Source of the DNA: an uncultured virus (IMG/VR IMGVR_UViG_3300017780_003486)
Lineage: Duplodnaviria; Heunggongvirae; Uroviricota; Caudoviricetes
Strand: one strand, 5' to 3'
Virus record (IMG/VR): IMGVR_UViG_3300017780_003486
Length of the DNA: 64,000 nt
The position numbers and the translations under genes were made by a program. Of this stretch, positions 39,001 to 48,957 are shown one piece after another. Positions within the stretch are counted from its first letter, which is position 1, and the number at the start of each line of letters is the position of its first letter. The notes beneath the pieces are model-generated. The model searched no databases and had not been told where the DNA came from. It saw nothing but the letters and a program-made list of their open reading frames with translations.

Positions 39001-39579
39001 ATGGCGACTTCCTACAGGATACTCGTCCAGATAGACTGGCCGAACACCGACTTGGTCACGAGACTGTGGAATGGATCGGGGCCGATCCTCGACGCGAACT
39101 TGAACGTCTTCAAAGGCGTCGGTATCATCCAAGGTCTCGATATGCTCGAAGCCGCGATGAACGGAGAGGCTTCGACTCTGAACTTCACGCTATCGGGAGT
39201 AAGCGCGGCGGACTCCCAGCCGGTCTGGCTACTCTACAGCAACGACCAGATGATAGGGGCCGACGTCCAGTTCCTGATCCAAGCCTGCGACGACAACATG
39301 CATCGACCCGTAGGCGACCCGGAGACGATCTTCCGAGGGACTATCGACAACGTCATCTTCCGGCACGTCGTAACGGAAGACGATACCCAAGAGGCAACGG
39401 TGATGGTCGAGATCGTAAACCGGTTTGCGATGCGGCGACTCGTTCACGGCGGCGTCTATTCGAACACCGATCAAATCGCGGTCTCTCGGGTCCTTAACCC
39501 GACCGCCGATCCCGACCTCATCTGTAATCGTGTTCATACAGTCGAAGACGTAACGGTTACTTGGCCGAGGTGGAACTAG
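39001..39579 (+). CDS. tail tip protein
   Basis: RLWNGSG...FKGVG; siphovirus tip synteny. Confidence 0.6.
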   Translation: MATSYRILVQIDWPNTDLVTRLWNGSGPILDANLNVFKGVGIIQGLDMLEAAMNGEASTLNFTLSGVSAADSQPVWLLYSNDQMIGADVQFLIQACDDNMHRPVGDPETIFRGTIDNVIFRHVVTEDDTQEATVMVEIVNRFAMRRLVHGGVYSNTDQIAVSRVLNPTADPDLICNRVHTVEDVTVTWPRWN

Positions 39580-39581
39580 CT

Positions 39582-40001
39582 ATGACCGAAGACAGGCTTC
39601 ATCGATTGAACGACTGGCGACCGCGACTCATAGCGCTCGTCGAAGATCGCCGCGACCGGCCTTACCAATACGGCGAGACCGATTGCGCTTGCTTCGCTCT
39701 CGACGCCATCGAGACGATTACAGGGGTTCGACATTTCGACGGAGTAGAGCGACCGCGGAATTGGATAGGGGCGGCAAAGTTTATGATGTCGCGCGGCTGG
39801 TCCGGTATCGACGAAATGATGGACTCGATACTCGAACCGGTTGATCCAAAGGAAACGGTCATAGGCGATCTCGTCGCCTTTCGTTCGAACGCAGAGCTTC
39901 ATCTAGCGGTTCGCGCCGGAGACTCGGCGCTGACTCCCGGCGACAACGGACTGATGACAATCGACCGCGAACGATGGTCGCTCGGATGGAAGATAGGATA
40001 G
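39582..40001 (+). CDS. NlpC/P60-like tail tip protein
   Basis: YGETDCACFA...GDLV...HLAV. Confidence 0.7.
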   Translation: MTEDRLHRLNDWRPRLIALVEDRRDRPYQYGETDCACFALDAIETITGVRHFDGVERPRNWIGAAKFMMSRGWSGIDEMMDSILEPVDPKETVIGDLVAFRSNAELHLAVRAGDSALTPGDNGLMTIDRERWSLGWKIG

Positions 40002-40008
40002 GGACCTC

Positions 40009-42465
40009 ATGCCGATTGCAACGTCGACCCTGATCACAATGGCGATCTCGCTCGCCATCTCGGCGGCGATGATGGTCGTCAAGCTTCTCTTCGCCCAACC
40101 GGCTCCGGCTCCTATCAGGAATACGTCGGCGGTTCCGAAGCAGGCTGACGGGAAGCACAACCTCAAGCAAGCCGTACCGTCACGGCGCGTTATCCTCGGA
40201 ACGGCGAAAGTCGCCGGAGATTATCTCGCTCTTATGGAGCGTCAGGGGATCGCGTTCCACGTACTAGTGAACTGCTCGCATAAGATCGACGGCATCGACG
40301 CCCACTACCTCCACGACGAACTCGCTACCTTTCCTCCGGGCGGGGGAACGATTACGTCCCCGGCTCATTTCGAGAACTACGTCGCGATGTACTTTCGTCT
40401 CGGCGAAGATGCCGAGACCGCCTACCCACAGCTGGTCGATCTGTTCGCTCCGTACTGGACTGACGATCATCGCGGAGACGGCCTCGCGACGGTCAACATC
40501 GCATACGTTTCCTGTCCGCAGGAAAAGTATATGACGATTTTCCCGCAACAGATGCCGATACATACGAACGTCGTTCGTGGCGCGCTCGTCTTCGATCCTC
40601 GCGAAGAGTCCCACGATCCGGAAGACCGCTCGACTTGGACGTTCTCCCGGAACCTCGCGCTTCTTCGCTTCCATCATATCACTCATCCTTCGGGCGGGCG
40701 GCGGTCGATATCCGATATGTACCTTCCCGATTGGATACATGCGGCGAACGTATGCGACGAGACGGTTCTCAACCGCGAAGGCGATCCCGAATACCGCTAT
40801 CATGGTGGTATGGAGTATCGTTACGAAAACGATCCGGTGGAAGTAGGCCGCAAGCTCGATCAGGCCGCCGAGTTGGTTCTATACGAACGATCCGACGGCC
40901 TGATCGGCGTTCACGCCGGAGAGTTTTACGATCCGACGGTTCGCGTCACGGCGAAGGACTTGAAGGAGGTCAACTACGACGCGAACGCGCGCTCATCGAC
41001 GAACATCCTAGCCGTTCGTGGCCGCTGGACCGATCCCGGTACGGTCTACAACGAAGCCGACGCCGCGATTTGGGGAGACCCATATATCGGAGACGGTACG
41101 GAACGAACGAAGAGTGTCGATAATACGGCGGTTCAGACTCACAATCATATCCAGCGACTCCAGAAGCTGGCGATGATCAGGGCGAACGCGCCGAGGATAG
41201 CGCTGAAGATCGCCTACAATCCGACGACTTCGATCCGAGAGATTGTCCGCGAGCGCTTCGTGAGGGTTCATTATCCCGAACTCGAACTCGACGAGGCCGT
41301 GATCGAGATAACCGGCAGACCGAAAAGGAGTTTGGTCGAGCAAACGATAACGCTCGAAGGTATCCTCATCCCCGAAGACCTCTATGACTTCGACGGGGAG
41401 ACGGAGGAAGGCGAATACTCAGGCGCATCGCTTCCTATAGTTCCGGAAGGTATTCCGGTCCCGGAAGACTTCGTCGTGAGTATCGCGAGAGCAAACGTGA
41501 ACGGACAGCCGCAAGTCTACGCGGTCGCCGAGTGGGACTTCGTTTCGACCTCGCTGATCTATGAGTTCGAGTGGCAGTATGCGGACGCAAGGGAGCCTCC
41601 TCAATCGACGGTCTCGAAGACCGGCGAGCTCACCGTTCAGAGTCTCTATCTCGCGAACGATGAGGAGTATCGCTTTCGTCTTCGTACTTGGTCAAACGGC
41701 GCTCCTTCCGAGTGGACCGATTACGTCACGAACGAGATCGCTCCGAACTTCTACAACAAGGCGGCCGTTTTCGATGGGTCGACGACGTACCTTCAGAGAT
41801 CGGCCGACTTCACCGGGATGGGAGACGCGAAGACCGGGACGTTCAGCGTGTGGATCAGGATGCTCGGCGGTGACGGAACCGATCAAGTCATCTTCTCTAC
41901 GAACAACCCGACCTCTTCTCCGCGTTTCTCGATCTATCGAAACTCTTCCGACCTGATCAGTGTTCGGGCTCGTAACGCCGCCGGAACCGTGATCCTGAGC
42001 GTCAACAGTACGACGACGCTGACGGCTGACGGTCTCTTCCATCATCTGCTCGTATCGTTCGACCTCTCTACGTCGGACGTTCGAATATATCTCGACGATA
42101 CCAACTTCACGGCGGTTCCGACGACGTTGACGAACGACACTATCGACTATACGACCGGCGACTGGTTCGTCGGCTCCGATAGCGGAGGAGCCGATAAGCT
42201 GAACGCCTACGTCACCGACCTTTGGTTCGACGTTCCATACATCCCGTTCGGGACGACGGCGAACCGAAGGAAGTTCATCAACATCGACGACAACCCGAAG
42301 TACCTTGGACCGAGCGGAGACCTCCCGACCGGGGCTCTTCCGCTCGTCTATCTGGCGATCAAGCCGGAGGACGCGAACGCAGTTCCGTTCGTGACCAATC
42401 GAGGTTCCGGAGGAGGTATGACGATAACCGGATCGCTCGGCATGACGACCGGTCCGGGAGTCTAA
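40009..42465 (+). CDS. central tail fibre/hub protein with FN3 and C-terminal LamG-like domains
   Basis: RRVILG...GD, VRGALVFDPR, AANVCDE; FHHLLVS...IYLD. Confidence 0.8.
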   Translation: MPIATSTLITMAISLAISAAMMVVKLLFAQPAPAPIRNTSAVPKQADGKHNLKQAVPSRRVILGTAKVAGDYLALMERQGIAFHVLVNCSHKIDGIDAHYLHDELATFPPGGGTITSPAHFENYVAMYFRLGEDAETAYPQLVDLFAPYWTDDHRGDGLATVNIAYVSCPQEKYMTIFPQQMPIHTNVVRGALVFDPREESHDPEDRSTWTFSRNLALLRFHHITHPSGGRRSISDMYLPDWIHAANVCDETVLNREGDPEYRYHGGMEYRYENDPVEVGRKLDQAAELVLYERSDGLIGVHAGEFYDPTVRVTAKDLKEVNYDANARSSTNILAVRGRWTDPGTVYNEADAAIWGDPYIGDGTERTKSVDNTAVQTHNHIQRLQKLAMIRANAPRIALKIAYNPTTSIREIVRERFVRVHYPELELDEAVIEITGRPKRSLVEQTITLEGILIPEDLYDFDGETEEGEYSGASLPIVPEGIPVPEDFVVSIARANVNGQPQVYAVAEWDFVSTSLIYEFEWQYADAREPPQSTVSKTGELTVQSLYLANDEEYRFRLRTWSNGAPSEWTDYVTNEIAPNFYNKAAVFDGSTTYLQRSADFTGMGDAKTGTFSVWIRMLGGDGTDQVIFSTNNPTSSPRFSIYRNSSDLISVRARNAAGTVILSVNSTTTLTADGLFHHLLVSFDLSTSDVRIYLDDTNFTAVPTTLTNDTIDYTTGDWFVGSDSGGADKLNAYVTDLWFDVPYIPFGTTANRRKFINIDDNPKYLGPSGDLPTGALPLVYLAIKPEDANAVPFVTNRGSGGGMTITGSLGMTTGPGV

Positions 42466-42483
42466 AAAAAGGAGAACGAGGCC

Positions 42484-42828
42484 GTGCCCGAATGGATCAA
42501 AGAAATCGTACTGACCATTATGGGCTCGGCCTCGATTGCGGCCGGTGTCGGCTGGTACTTCAAATCGAAACGAGAAGACCGGATAGACGAGAGGAACCGG
42601 CAAGAGGCCGAAAAGAAAGCGTTGAAGGACAATGTCGAAAAACTCCAATCCAAAGTGGAGGCCCTTCTTATGGACGCCATAGCCCGAGAGAAAGAGAGCA
42701 ACATCCAAATGACGGATCGTATGCAGATGGACGAAAAGCTCCACGAAATCCTTTCCGCCGCCACGACGGCGCTGAAGGAAAGCGCCGTAGCTCTTGCCGG
42801 CCGGGAGAAGAACGATGCTCGCTCTTAA
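42484..42828 (+). CDS. membrane-anchored coiled-coil protein (lysis cassette)
   Basis: N-terminal TM helix plus coiled coil. Confidence 0.55.
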   Translation: MPEWIKEIVLTIMGSASIAAGVGWYFKSKREDRIDERNRQEAEKKALKDNVEKLQSKVEALLMDAIAREKESNIQMTDRMQMDEKLHEILSAATTALKESAVALAGREKNDARS

Positions 42829-43084
42829 CGAAGGCGAGATGAGAATAGTCAGGATGGAGCGTGAACTCGCCAAGCTCCAGACGGAAGCCATTCCTAATCA
42901 GATAGCAGCCAATCTGATGAGGGACTCGCTCAAACAGACCCTCGGGACGGCGGCCGTATTGGCTAACGCCGCGAAGAAGGTCATCGAAGAGGTCTCGGTT
43001 GACCTCGACGAGAGTGTCCTTATGCTGGCGAGCGATCTGACGGGAGGAACATCCGATGACGATAGAAGGGGGCGTGATCGATAA
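42815..43084 (+). CDS. hypothetical protein
   Basis: Start MLALNEG. Confidence 0.45.
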   Translation: MLALNEGEMRIVRMERELAKLQTEAIPNQIAANLMRDSLKQTLGTAAVLANAAKKVIEEVSVDLDESVLMLASDLTGGTSDDDRRGRDR

Positions 43085-43448
43085 GCTCGTGGCGGCTACC
43101 GCAGGTATGACGGCAGCCGTTTATTTTCTCGCCATGCTAGTCGCTTGGTATCGGGTTTTTGAAGCGAGGGTTCCGGCTCATAGCTACGCTCGTCGAATAA
43201 CCCTGAACCGGGCAATAGCGTGGTCTGCCCTCTTCGTACTCTTCTCTATGATCGTTTCGATTAAGACGGGGAAGAGTTCGTGGGGCGATCCGATGATCGA
43301 CATATCGCTGATCGCGGCGAACACCCTGATACTTCTTTCGAGTCTCGCCTCGGTCAAGGTGATCACGATGGCGTCCTTCGGGAATAGCGTCCTGATCGTC
43401 TTCGGTTTGGTATCCGCCCTATCCGGGCTTTTGATTTTGGCCGCCTGA
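43056..43448 (+). CDS. 4-TM membrane protein, holin candidate
   Basis: Four hydrophobic segments directly before endolysin. Confidence 0.55.
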   Translation: MTIEGGVIDKLVAATAGMTAAVYFLAMLVAWYRVFEARVPAHSYARRITLNRAIAWSALFVLFSMIVSIKTGKSSWGDPMIDISLIAANTLILLSSLASVKVITMASFGNSVLIVFGLVSALSGLLILAA

Positions 43449-43469
43449 CGCGGCCTTGGAGGAAGATCG

Positions 43470-44267
43470 ATGATCGACAGGGAAAAGTTCTTTCGTATCG
43501 TCAACCGGACGCTCTTCAACGGGAAGATGAACGCTTCCCAGAAGGAAGGGATGATCCGGATCATCGACGAGTGGGAACGTCAGAAGCTGACCGACAAGCG
43601 GCTTCTCGCGTACATGCTCGGAACGACGAAGCACGAAACGGCTTCGACGATGCAGCCGGTGATCGAGGCGTACTGGCTGAGCGAGGAATGGCGTCGGGAC
43701 AACCTTCGCTACTATCCGTACTATGGGCGCGGACTTCCCCAGCTCACGTGGGAACGGAACTATCGAAAGATGACGGAGCTTCTTCGTCATAAGTTCCGCC
43801 ATATCCCGGACTTCGACCTCGTAAAGCATCCGGAGCAGGCGTTGATCCCGGAGGTCGCCATCGCGGTCATGTTCGAAGGTATGCTCAGGGGCGAAAGCAT
43901 GCGCGGCGACTATACGGGGAAAGCGCTCGAAGACTACTTCACGCCGACCTCATCGAGCTGGGTCGCCGCTCGATACGTCGTCAACGGAACGGATCGAGCC
44001 GAAGAGATCGCCGATATTTCGCGAGCGTTCTTCGCGGCACTCGATGGGAAGGAAGAGCTTCCGGCGCGGCTTCTCTACTACGGCCTCAAAGGCGAGGACG
44101 TTAAGGACCTTCAGCGCGCTCTTATCGCGAAGGGCTTCAACCCGAAAGGCGTTGACGGCGACTTCGGAAACGGTACGAAGGAAGCGGTCAAGGCTTTCCA
44201 GCGTTCGGTCGGCATCGGCGATGACGGCGTCGTCGGCGACACAACCCGTCGCTATCTCGCGGCGTAG
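43470..44267 (+). CDS. endolysin (GH19-like lysozyme fold plus C-terminal PG-binding domain)
   Basis: AYMLGTTKHET, YYGRGLPQLTW..NY; VKDLQRAL...DGDFGNGT..AVKAFQ...DGVVG. Confidence 0.9.
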   Translation: MIDREKFFRIVNRTLFNGKMNASQKEGMIRIIDEWERQKLTDKRLLAYMLGTTKHETASTMQPVIEAYWLSEEWRRDNLRYYPYYGRGLPQLTWERNYRKMTELLRHKFRHIPDFDLVKHPEQALIPEVAIAVMFEGMLRGESMRGDYTGKALEDYFTPTSSSWVAARYVVNGTDRAEEIADISRAFFAALDGKEELPARLLYYGLKGEDVKDLQRALIAKGFNPKGVDGDFGNGTKEAVKAFQRSVGIGDDGVVGDTTRRYLAA

Positions 44268-44282
44268 AAGGGGAACGAAGAA

Positions 44283-44819
44283 ATGCAGAAGACGTTTGGG
44301 CTCAATGAGCAGCAGTGGAAGATCATCGGCAAGGCTATCTTCGGAAGCACCGGACTCATCGCTTGGTTCTTGACGAAGAAGCTCGGCCTTTCCGACGAGG
44401 AAACGAAGATGTATCTCGACGCCCTCGTCGTGATTACTCCGGTCCTCGCAACCGTATGGCTCGCGGCCGGGCAGACGAGTTCGGAGCAGGTCAAGAACGT
44501 CGCGAACATGCCGGTCGAAGAGAAGGTCAAGGCCATCGCGAACATTCCTCCGAAGGCGTTCGCTCAGATCGCGGAAGCCCTTCCGAATGAAGCGAAGGTC
44601 GAAGCGATCCTCGCGATGCCTCCCGAAGCGACGGCGGCGGCGGTAGCGAACCTATCGCTTCAGGATCAAGCGAACATCGTCGCGTCCCTACCGGACGCGG
44701 CGGTCGTTACGGCTGCCGGAGCTATGCCGGGAGTCGAAGTCAAAGTAGGTCACGGCGCTTCGGACAGTGCGAAGTCAGCCGCGATGGACGACAGCGTGCC
44801 GGGCGTCTTCCCGGTCTGA
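44283..44819 (+). CDS. membrane protein (holin/spanin-region)
   Basis: Two N-terminal TM segments, repetitive helical tail. Confidence 0.55.
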   Translation: MQKTFGLNEQQWKIIGKAIFGSTGLIAWFLTKKLGLSDEETKMYLDALVVITPVLATVWLAAGQTSSEQVKNVANMPVEEKVKAIANIPPKAFAQIAEALPNEAKVEAILAMPPEATAAAVANLSLQDQANIVASLPDAAVVTAAGAMPGVEVKVGHGASDSAKSAAMDDSVPGVFPV

Positions 44820-44836
44820 ACGAAGGAAACGAAACG

Positions 44837-45268
44837 ATGAAAAACTATTTCTCCGGTCTCGCGGCGGCGGTACTTCTCGGCGCGTTCTTCTTTCTCGGGG
44901 CCTGCTCGGGTGATCAGACGAAGGGGCCGACATACCCGGTTGTCGGAACGGTCGATCAGACGGCGATGGAGCAAGCCGCGTTCGCGACCCGCTCGACGTA
45001 CTCGGGTCTCCTTCGCTTCGCCGCTCAGTATGCGGCGCTTCCGCGCTGCTCGGCGGCGCAGAAACTGCCGTGTTCCGATCAGGCGGCGGTGGTAACGCTC
45101 CGCAAGTACGATACGGCGGCCGATATCGCGACGAAGAGCGCGGCCGATATCGCGCGGAGTCCGACGCGAACGTCGTTGGCTCTCGCGAACGCCGTGGCCG
45201 ATGCCCAGCGAGCCGTGGCGGGTTTCCGCGCCGTCGTTGAGGTCCTCAATCCGAACGCGCCGAAGTAA
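44837..45268 (+). CDS. lipoprotein
   Basis: Lipobox LGAC after signal peptide. Confidence 0.7.
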   Translation: MKNYFSGLAAAVLLGAFFFLGACSGDQTKGPTYPVVGTVDQTAMEQAAFATRSTYSGLLRFAAQYAALPRCSAAQKLPCSDQAAVVTLRKYDTAADIATKSAADIARSPTRTSLALANAVADAQRAVAGFRAVVEVLNPNAPK

Positions 45269-45301
45269 GCGCGACGATCAAACCCCTGAAGGAGTCAATC
45301 A

Positions 45302-45499
45302 ATGCTCAAGCTTCTAACCGACTTCGTTCCGCTCATCCCGGAGCTGATTAAGACCGGCCTCGCGACTTACGAGACGTACACGAAGGTCCAGACGATCATC
45401 GACGAGAACAGGAAGCCCAGCGAGCCTGAGTGGGACACCCTTGAAGCTCAGATCAAGAGCGACAAGGCCGCGCTTCACGACACGTCTCGCGATATCTGA
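45302..45499 (+). CDS. hypothetical protein, last late gene
   Basis: AAGGAG RBS. Confidence 0.6.
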   Translation: MLKLLTDFVPLIPELIKTGLATYETYTKVQTIIDENRKPSEPEWDTLEAQIKSDKAALHDTSRDI

Positions 45500-45987
45500 T
45501 CGACGCGAGTTAGAGCGTAGGGAAAACGGCACCGCTCCTCCCGGCAGAGCCTCCTTACGCTCGGGGCTCCTTTCCCCCTCCCGTCCCCTGTTCCGGGTCC
45601 GGGGAGAGGAGCCCCACTTTCTGTCTAACCGGTTAGGTGGTTCCGGGCTCCCGGACCGTCCCGGCCCCGCCCCGGTTCCCCGTTCCGGGGCTCCCGGAGG
45701 CCCGTGCGCTGGGTAGGTAAATCCTGACGCTGAGGGGCCTTCCCCGTTCCGGGAGCTACGGAGAGCCCTCCCGGCCGGGAAGCCCTCTGGCGGGGCTCCT
45801 AGAGCCCTTAAAAGGCCCCTCCCGGAAAAAGCCCGGAAACGGGCCGAAATCGCCCCGGAAAAGTGGGCCGCCCCGGCCGGGCCTATTCGAGTCGCCCCGG
45901 AGAGGCCGCTAGGGAGGCCGCTAGGGGCCTTTCCCGGACCCGTCCGCTACTCCCGGACCTTCCCCGGCCCGTCGCCCCGTAGGAACG

Positions 45988-46044
45988 AAAAAAGGCCCCT
46001 ACCGAAGCTCCCAGAACGGGAGCCCCGGAGGGGCCTTTTCTTTT
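45988..46044. terminator. bidirectional terminator-like hairpin between convergent arms
   Basis: AAAAAAGGCCCCT...AGGGGCCTTTTCTTTT with inner GCTCCC/GGGAGC stem. Confidence 0.7.
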
Positions 46045-46064
46045 AGCGGTTCGGCCGGGTCGGA

Positions 46065-47690
46065 TCAGTCCCAGCGGTCGAGACGGTACGTCACGCGGAG
46101 GTCTCCGATCCGGACGGCGATGACGAGATTAATCGCCGACTGACGTTGCTTACGAAGATCGATCCCGCAGGCGGTCGCCTCCTTCGCTCCGTGAAGCGTA
46201 GCCTTCGAAGAAAACGCTTCGATGGTCGAGCGAACCGGATGGAGTTCGCTTCGAACGTGCTCGGGGAAGATCACGTTGCCGCTCCCTTCCCGTTTCACGA
46301 CATCGCGCGCTCCATCGATAACGAGGATAGCGCCTTCGCCGTGTTGCGGCTGAGGCGAGTTCCCCCAGAGGTTCGGTAGAGCGACGACCGCGCTGACCGA
46401 TGCCCAGCCCGGCGAAAGGTTCCAATACTGCGGTCGTGATCCACTGTTGTAGACGTACCACGAGAACGGGTTCCTCTCTTCCTCGCGATCCCATCGGATG
46501 AGCGGAGGCGCGTCCGGGTATAGCGCCGTCGTCATACCGATGAAGTTGCATCGCGCATTCGGGATAAGAACAGAGATCGTCTCGGTCTTCGGAAGAACCT
46601 CGCGAGCGAACTTCTCCCACGTGATCGGTACGGACCCGATGCTCGCGACTGTCGGTTCTTCGCTCTTCGACAGGTGAGAGAAGATGCCGCCTTCTTTCTT
46701 CGTCTCCTTCGCCTTGGGCTCCCAGAGCTTGGGAACCTCTTCGATCCGCGCGAAACGCCTTTCGAGTGAACGCGCGATCCCGAGGCGTTCGGCGATCTTC
46801 TCCGCCGCCTCGATGTTCCCGGCCGTCGGCGCGGCCTTCGGCCTCTGATAGTCGAGACCTCCGACCTTCGCGTTGAACCGCTTCCGTGCCTCTTCGACGG
46901 AGAGGCCGCGTTCGATGTCCTCGATCAGCGATCCCGTGACCGATGCTCTCGGATGAAGATAACCTTCCGGAGCGACGGAGAGAGCGGCCCAGACGAAGTT
47001 GGAGCGGAGCCTTCGGTTCTTCGTCGCGAGATACCGGCTCTGAAGATCGTAGAGCCAGCGGATCGGCGCAACGAACTTTTCCGACCTGTCGAGATAGCCG
47101 CCTTCGAGGATGTCGAGAACGAGCTTGATCTTCTTCGGATCGAACTCGCCTAGCGCACGCTCTAGCGTCCGGAAGCTCTCGCGCTTCTCGGCCATCTTCT
47201 GACGAGCGGTCAGGAGCGGGCTTCGAAAGATCGAGTGAGCGACGACGGAGAAGTGCGACCACATTCCCGTCGTCGGCGTCCCGAGAACCGCTTCGCTCGT
47301 ATAGAACGGCCCCTTGATCGGAGACGACTCGACGCGGAACTTCAGCGATGCGACCGCATCGAGATAGAACGGCGGAACGGTAGCCGGTTCCCATACGGCC
47401 GACTCGATGTTCCCTTCCTCGCCGATCACAACGAGACCGCCGAAGCGATGAAGGAAGTTTCGGCAGGCCGAGCAATTATGAACCGCCCGCTCTCCTCCTT
47501 CCTGCGGGATGTTCGAGAGGTACAGGCCGTTCAGATTGAAGTCGCCCGCATCGGTCTCGAATAGCGGACGCTTCGATACCTCCGCGAAGCGATCCTTCAC
47601 GGACTTGAGAAGCGCGGCGTAGTCCGCTTCGTGGTCGTGGACCGGTTCGCTACGAACGCTCGCCTTCGGGGTCGCCTTTTTCTTCGCCAT
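46065..47690 (-). CDS. large hypothetical phage protein
   Basis: Long ORF, start MAKKKAT; HNCSACRNF. Confidence 0.75.
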   Translation of the reverse strand: MAKKKATPKASVRSEPVHDHEADYAALLKSVKDRFAEVSKRPLFETDAGDFNLNGLYLSNIPQEGGERAVHNCSACRNFLHRFGGLVVIGEEGNIESAVWEPATVPPFYLDAVASLKFRVESSPIKGPFYTSEAVLGTPTTGMWSHFSVVAHSIFRSPLLTARQKMAEKRESFRTLERALGEFDPKKIKLVLDILEGGYLDRSEKFVAPIRWLYDLQSRYLATKNRRLRSNFVWAALSVAPEGYLHPRASVTGSLIEDIERGLSVEEARKRFNAKVGGLDYQRPKAAPTAGNIEAAEKIAERLGIARSLERRFARIEEVPKLWEPKAKETKKEGGIFSHLSKSEEPTVASIGSVPITWEKFAREVLPKTETISVLIPNARCNFIGMTTALYPDAPPLIRWDREEERNPFSWYVYNSGSRPQYWNLSPGWASVSAVVALPNLWGNSPQPQHGEGAILVIDGARDVVKREGSGNVIFPEHVRSELHPVRSTIEAFSSKATLHGAKEATACGIDLRKQRQSAINLVIAVRIGDLRVTYRLDRWD

Positions 47691-48036
47691 TTTTCCTGTT
47701 CCTTTCGACATAGGGTACGTCCTTCCTGTTCTTACTCTTCGTTCCCCAACGGAGATTGCCGCCCGTGTTGACGAACGTATCCCCGTTGAGGTGTCTCACG
47801 ACGTGTTCTTCGCTAGGTCGTCTTCGGCCTAGCAGTCGCTGAACGACGTGGTGAAGATACTCGCGCCTATGACCGCTCCTCCAAGAGCGGACGTAAAGAC
47901 ACTTCCTTGCCGCGTGGATGTACCACGGGCCGAGCGCGACGATCTTCGCGTATAGGCTTGCATCGACCGTCGCGTATTCGTCGCCGTTCTTATCGAGATA
48001 GAGCCTGACCTCATTCGGCGTTTCGGATTGGTTCAA
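47650..48036 (-). CDS. HNH endonuclease
   Basis: LHHVV...VRHLNGDTFVNTGGNLRWGT..KN; probable TTG start with GGAG RBS. Confidence 0.8.
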   Translation of the reverse strand: MNQSETPNEVRLYLDKNGDEYATVDASLYAKIVALGPWYIHAARKCLYVRSWRSGHRREYLHHVVQRLLGRRRPSEEHVVRHLNGDTFVNTGGNLRWGTKSKNRKDVPYVERNRKNGEEKGDPEGERS

Positions 48037-48229
48037 AGTCGCTCTCCGGGAAACGATGCCATTCGAGACCGAGCCACTTCGTCTTTGCGCCTCGCGTATC
48101 GACGAGGTCTTCATCGTCGAACATCGCTTCTACCCGACCCGTCGGGACTCCTACGTCGTTCCGGATCAGCGCGGTCTTCCCGCGAAGCTCTTCGATGTCT
48201 CCGATGTAGACGGCGGCCCTGACGCTCAT
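48011..48229 (-). CDS. hypothetical protein
   Basis: ATGA-coupled MSVRAAV. Confidence 0.5.
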   Translation of the reverse strand: MSVRAAVYIGDIEELRGKTALIRNDVGVPTGRVEAMFDDEDLVDTRGAKTKWLGLEWHRFPESDFEPIRNAE

Positions 48230-48477
48230 TTCGTTTTCCCTTCGAGCTTGACGACGAGTTCTTCGGTTTTCGTCGGCTCCTTGACGGTCATGATCAGGGC
48301 GGAGGTCATTCCCTGTGTCTCCTTCCAATCGAAGGTAACGTCGAACGTCGACCGGTCGCCGTATCCGAGACGATCCTTAACGATGGTCTCGATATCTTCC
48401 GCCGCGATCCGGAAGGTCTTCGTCGTTGACGACCAGACCGTTACGCCCACGTCGAGCTTGTTCGTATCCTTAGCCAT
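48226..48477 (-). CDS. hypothetical protein
   Basis: RBS, operon tiling. Confidence 0.55.
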   Translation of the reverse strand: MAKDTNKLDVGVTVWSSTTKTFRIAAEDIETIVKDRLGYGDRSTFDVTFDWKETQGMTSALIMTVKEPTKTEELVVKLEGKTK

Positions 48478-48778
48478 TTGCTCTCTCCTTCGTCGTCTTG
48501 GTCAGATGATCGAGTATGACGGCGGCCGCAAGCTTCCACGCGGCCTCTTGACTTTCGCCGAACGCTACCCGGCGATCACCCGGCGTTCGGATTTCATAAA
48601 TCACGTGCCCGGTAACGAACCGATATTCGTTCCTTACGATGCGAAGGTCCGAGCACCAGAAGAGGACGGCGCGCTTATAGTCGGCGCGATCCCAGAACGG
48701 ATCGCCCGAGACGATCTTCTCAAACCGGTGATAGGCCATACCGAGTTCCGGCCCGGTCAGGAAATCGCGGCGGCTCAT
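48470..48778 (-). CDS. hypothetical protein
   Basis: Operon tiling. Confidence 0.5.
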   Translation of the reverse strand: MSRRDFLTGPELGMAYHRFEKIVSGDPFWDRADYKRAVLFWCSDLRIVRNEYRFVTGHVIYEIRTPGDRRVAFGESQEAAWKLAAAVILDHLTKTTKERANG

Positions 48779-48957
48779 TTCGGATACCCTACCCACGTCG
48801 GGGCCTCCGGCCATTCCTCGACGATCTTCGCGAGAGCTTCGCGGGCCTCGCGATCCCCAAGGAGAGCGGCGCAGCGAAGACAGTCCGAGCCGCAGTCGTT
48901 CGTCGTCGGGTCCTTCGGGTCATCGAGAGGACGTTCGCACGTTCTACAGGTCTTCAT
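48775..48957 (-). CDS. small Cys-rich protein
   Basis: CRTC...DCGSDCLRC. Confidence 0.5.
   Translation of the reverse strand: MKTCRTCERPLDDPKDPTTNDCGSDCLRCAALLGDREAREALAKIVEEWPEAPTWVGYPK

Noticed and set aside
47829..48014. Frameshifted or pseudogenised HNH starting at the ATGA overlap
   Set aside because: An in-frame TTG at 48036 with a GGAG RBS explains an intact gene.
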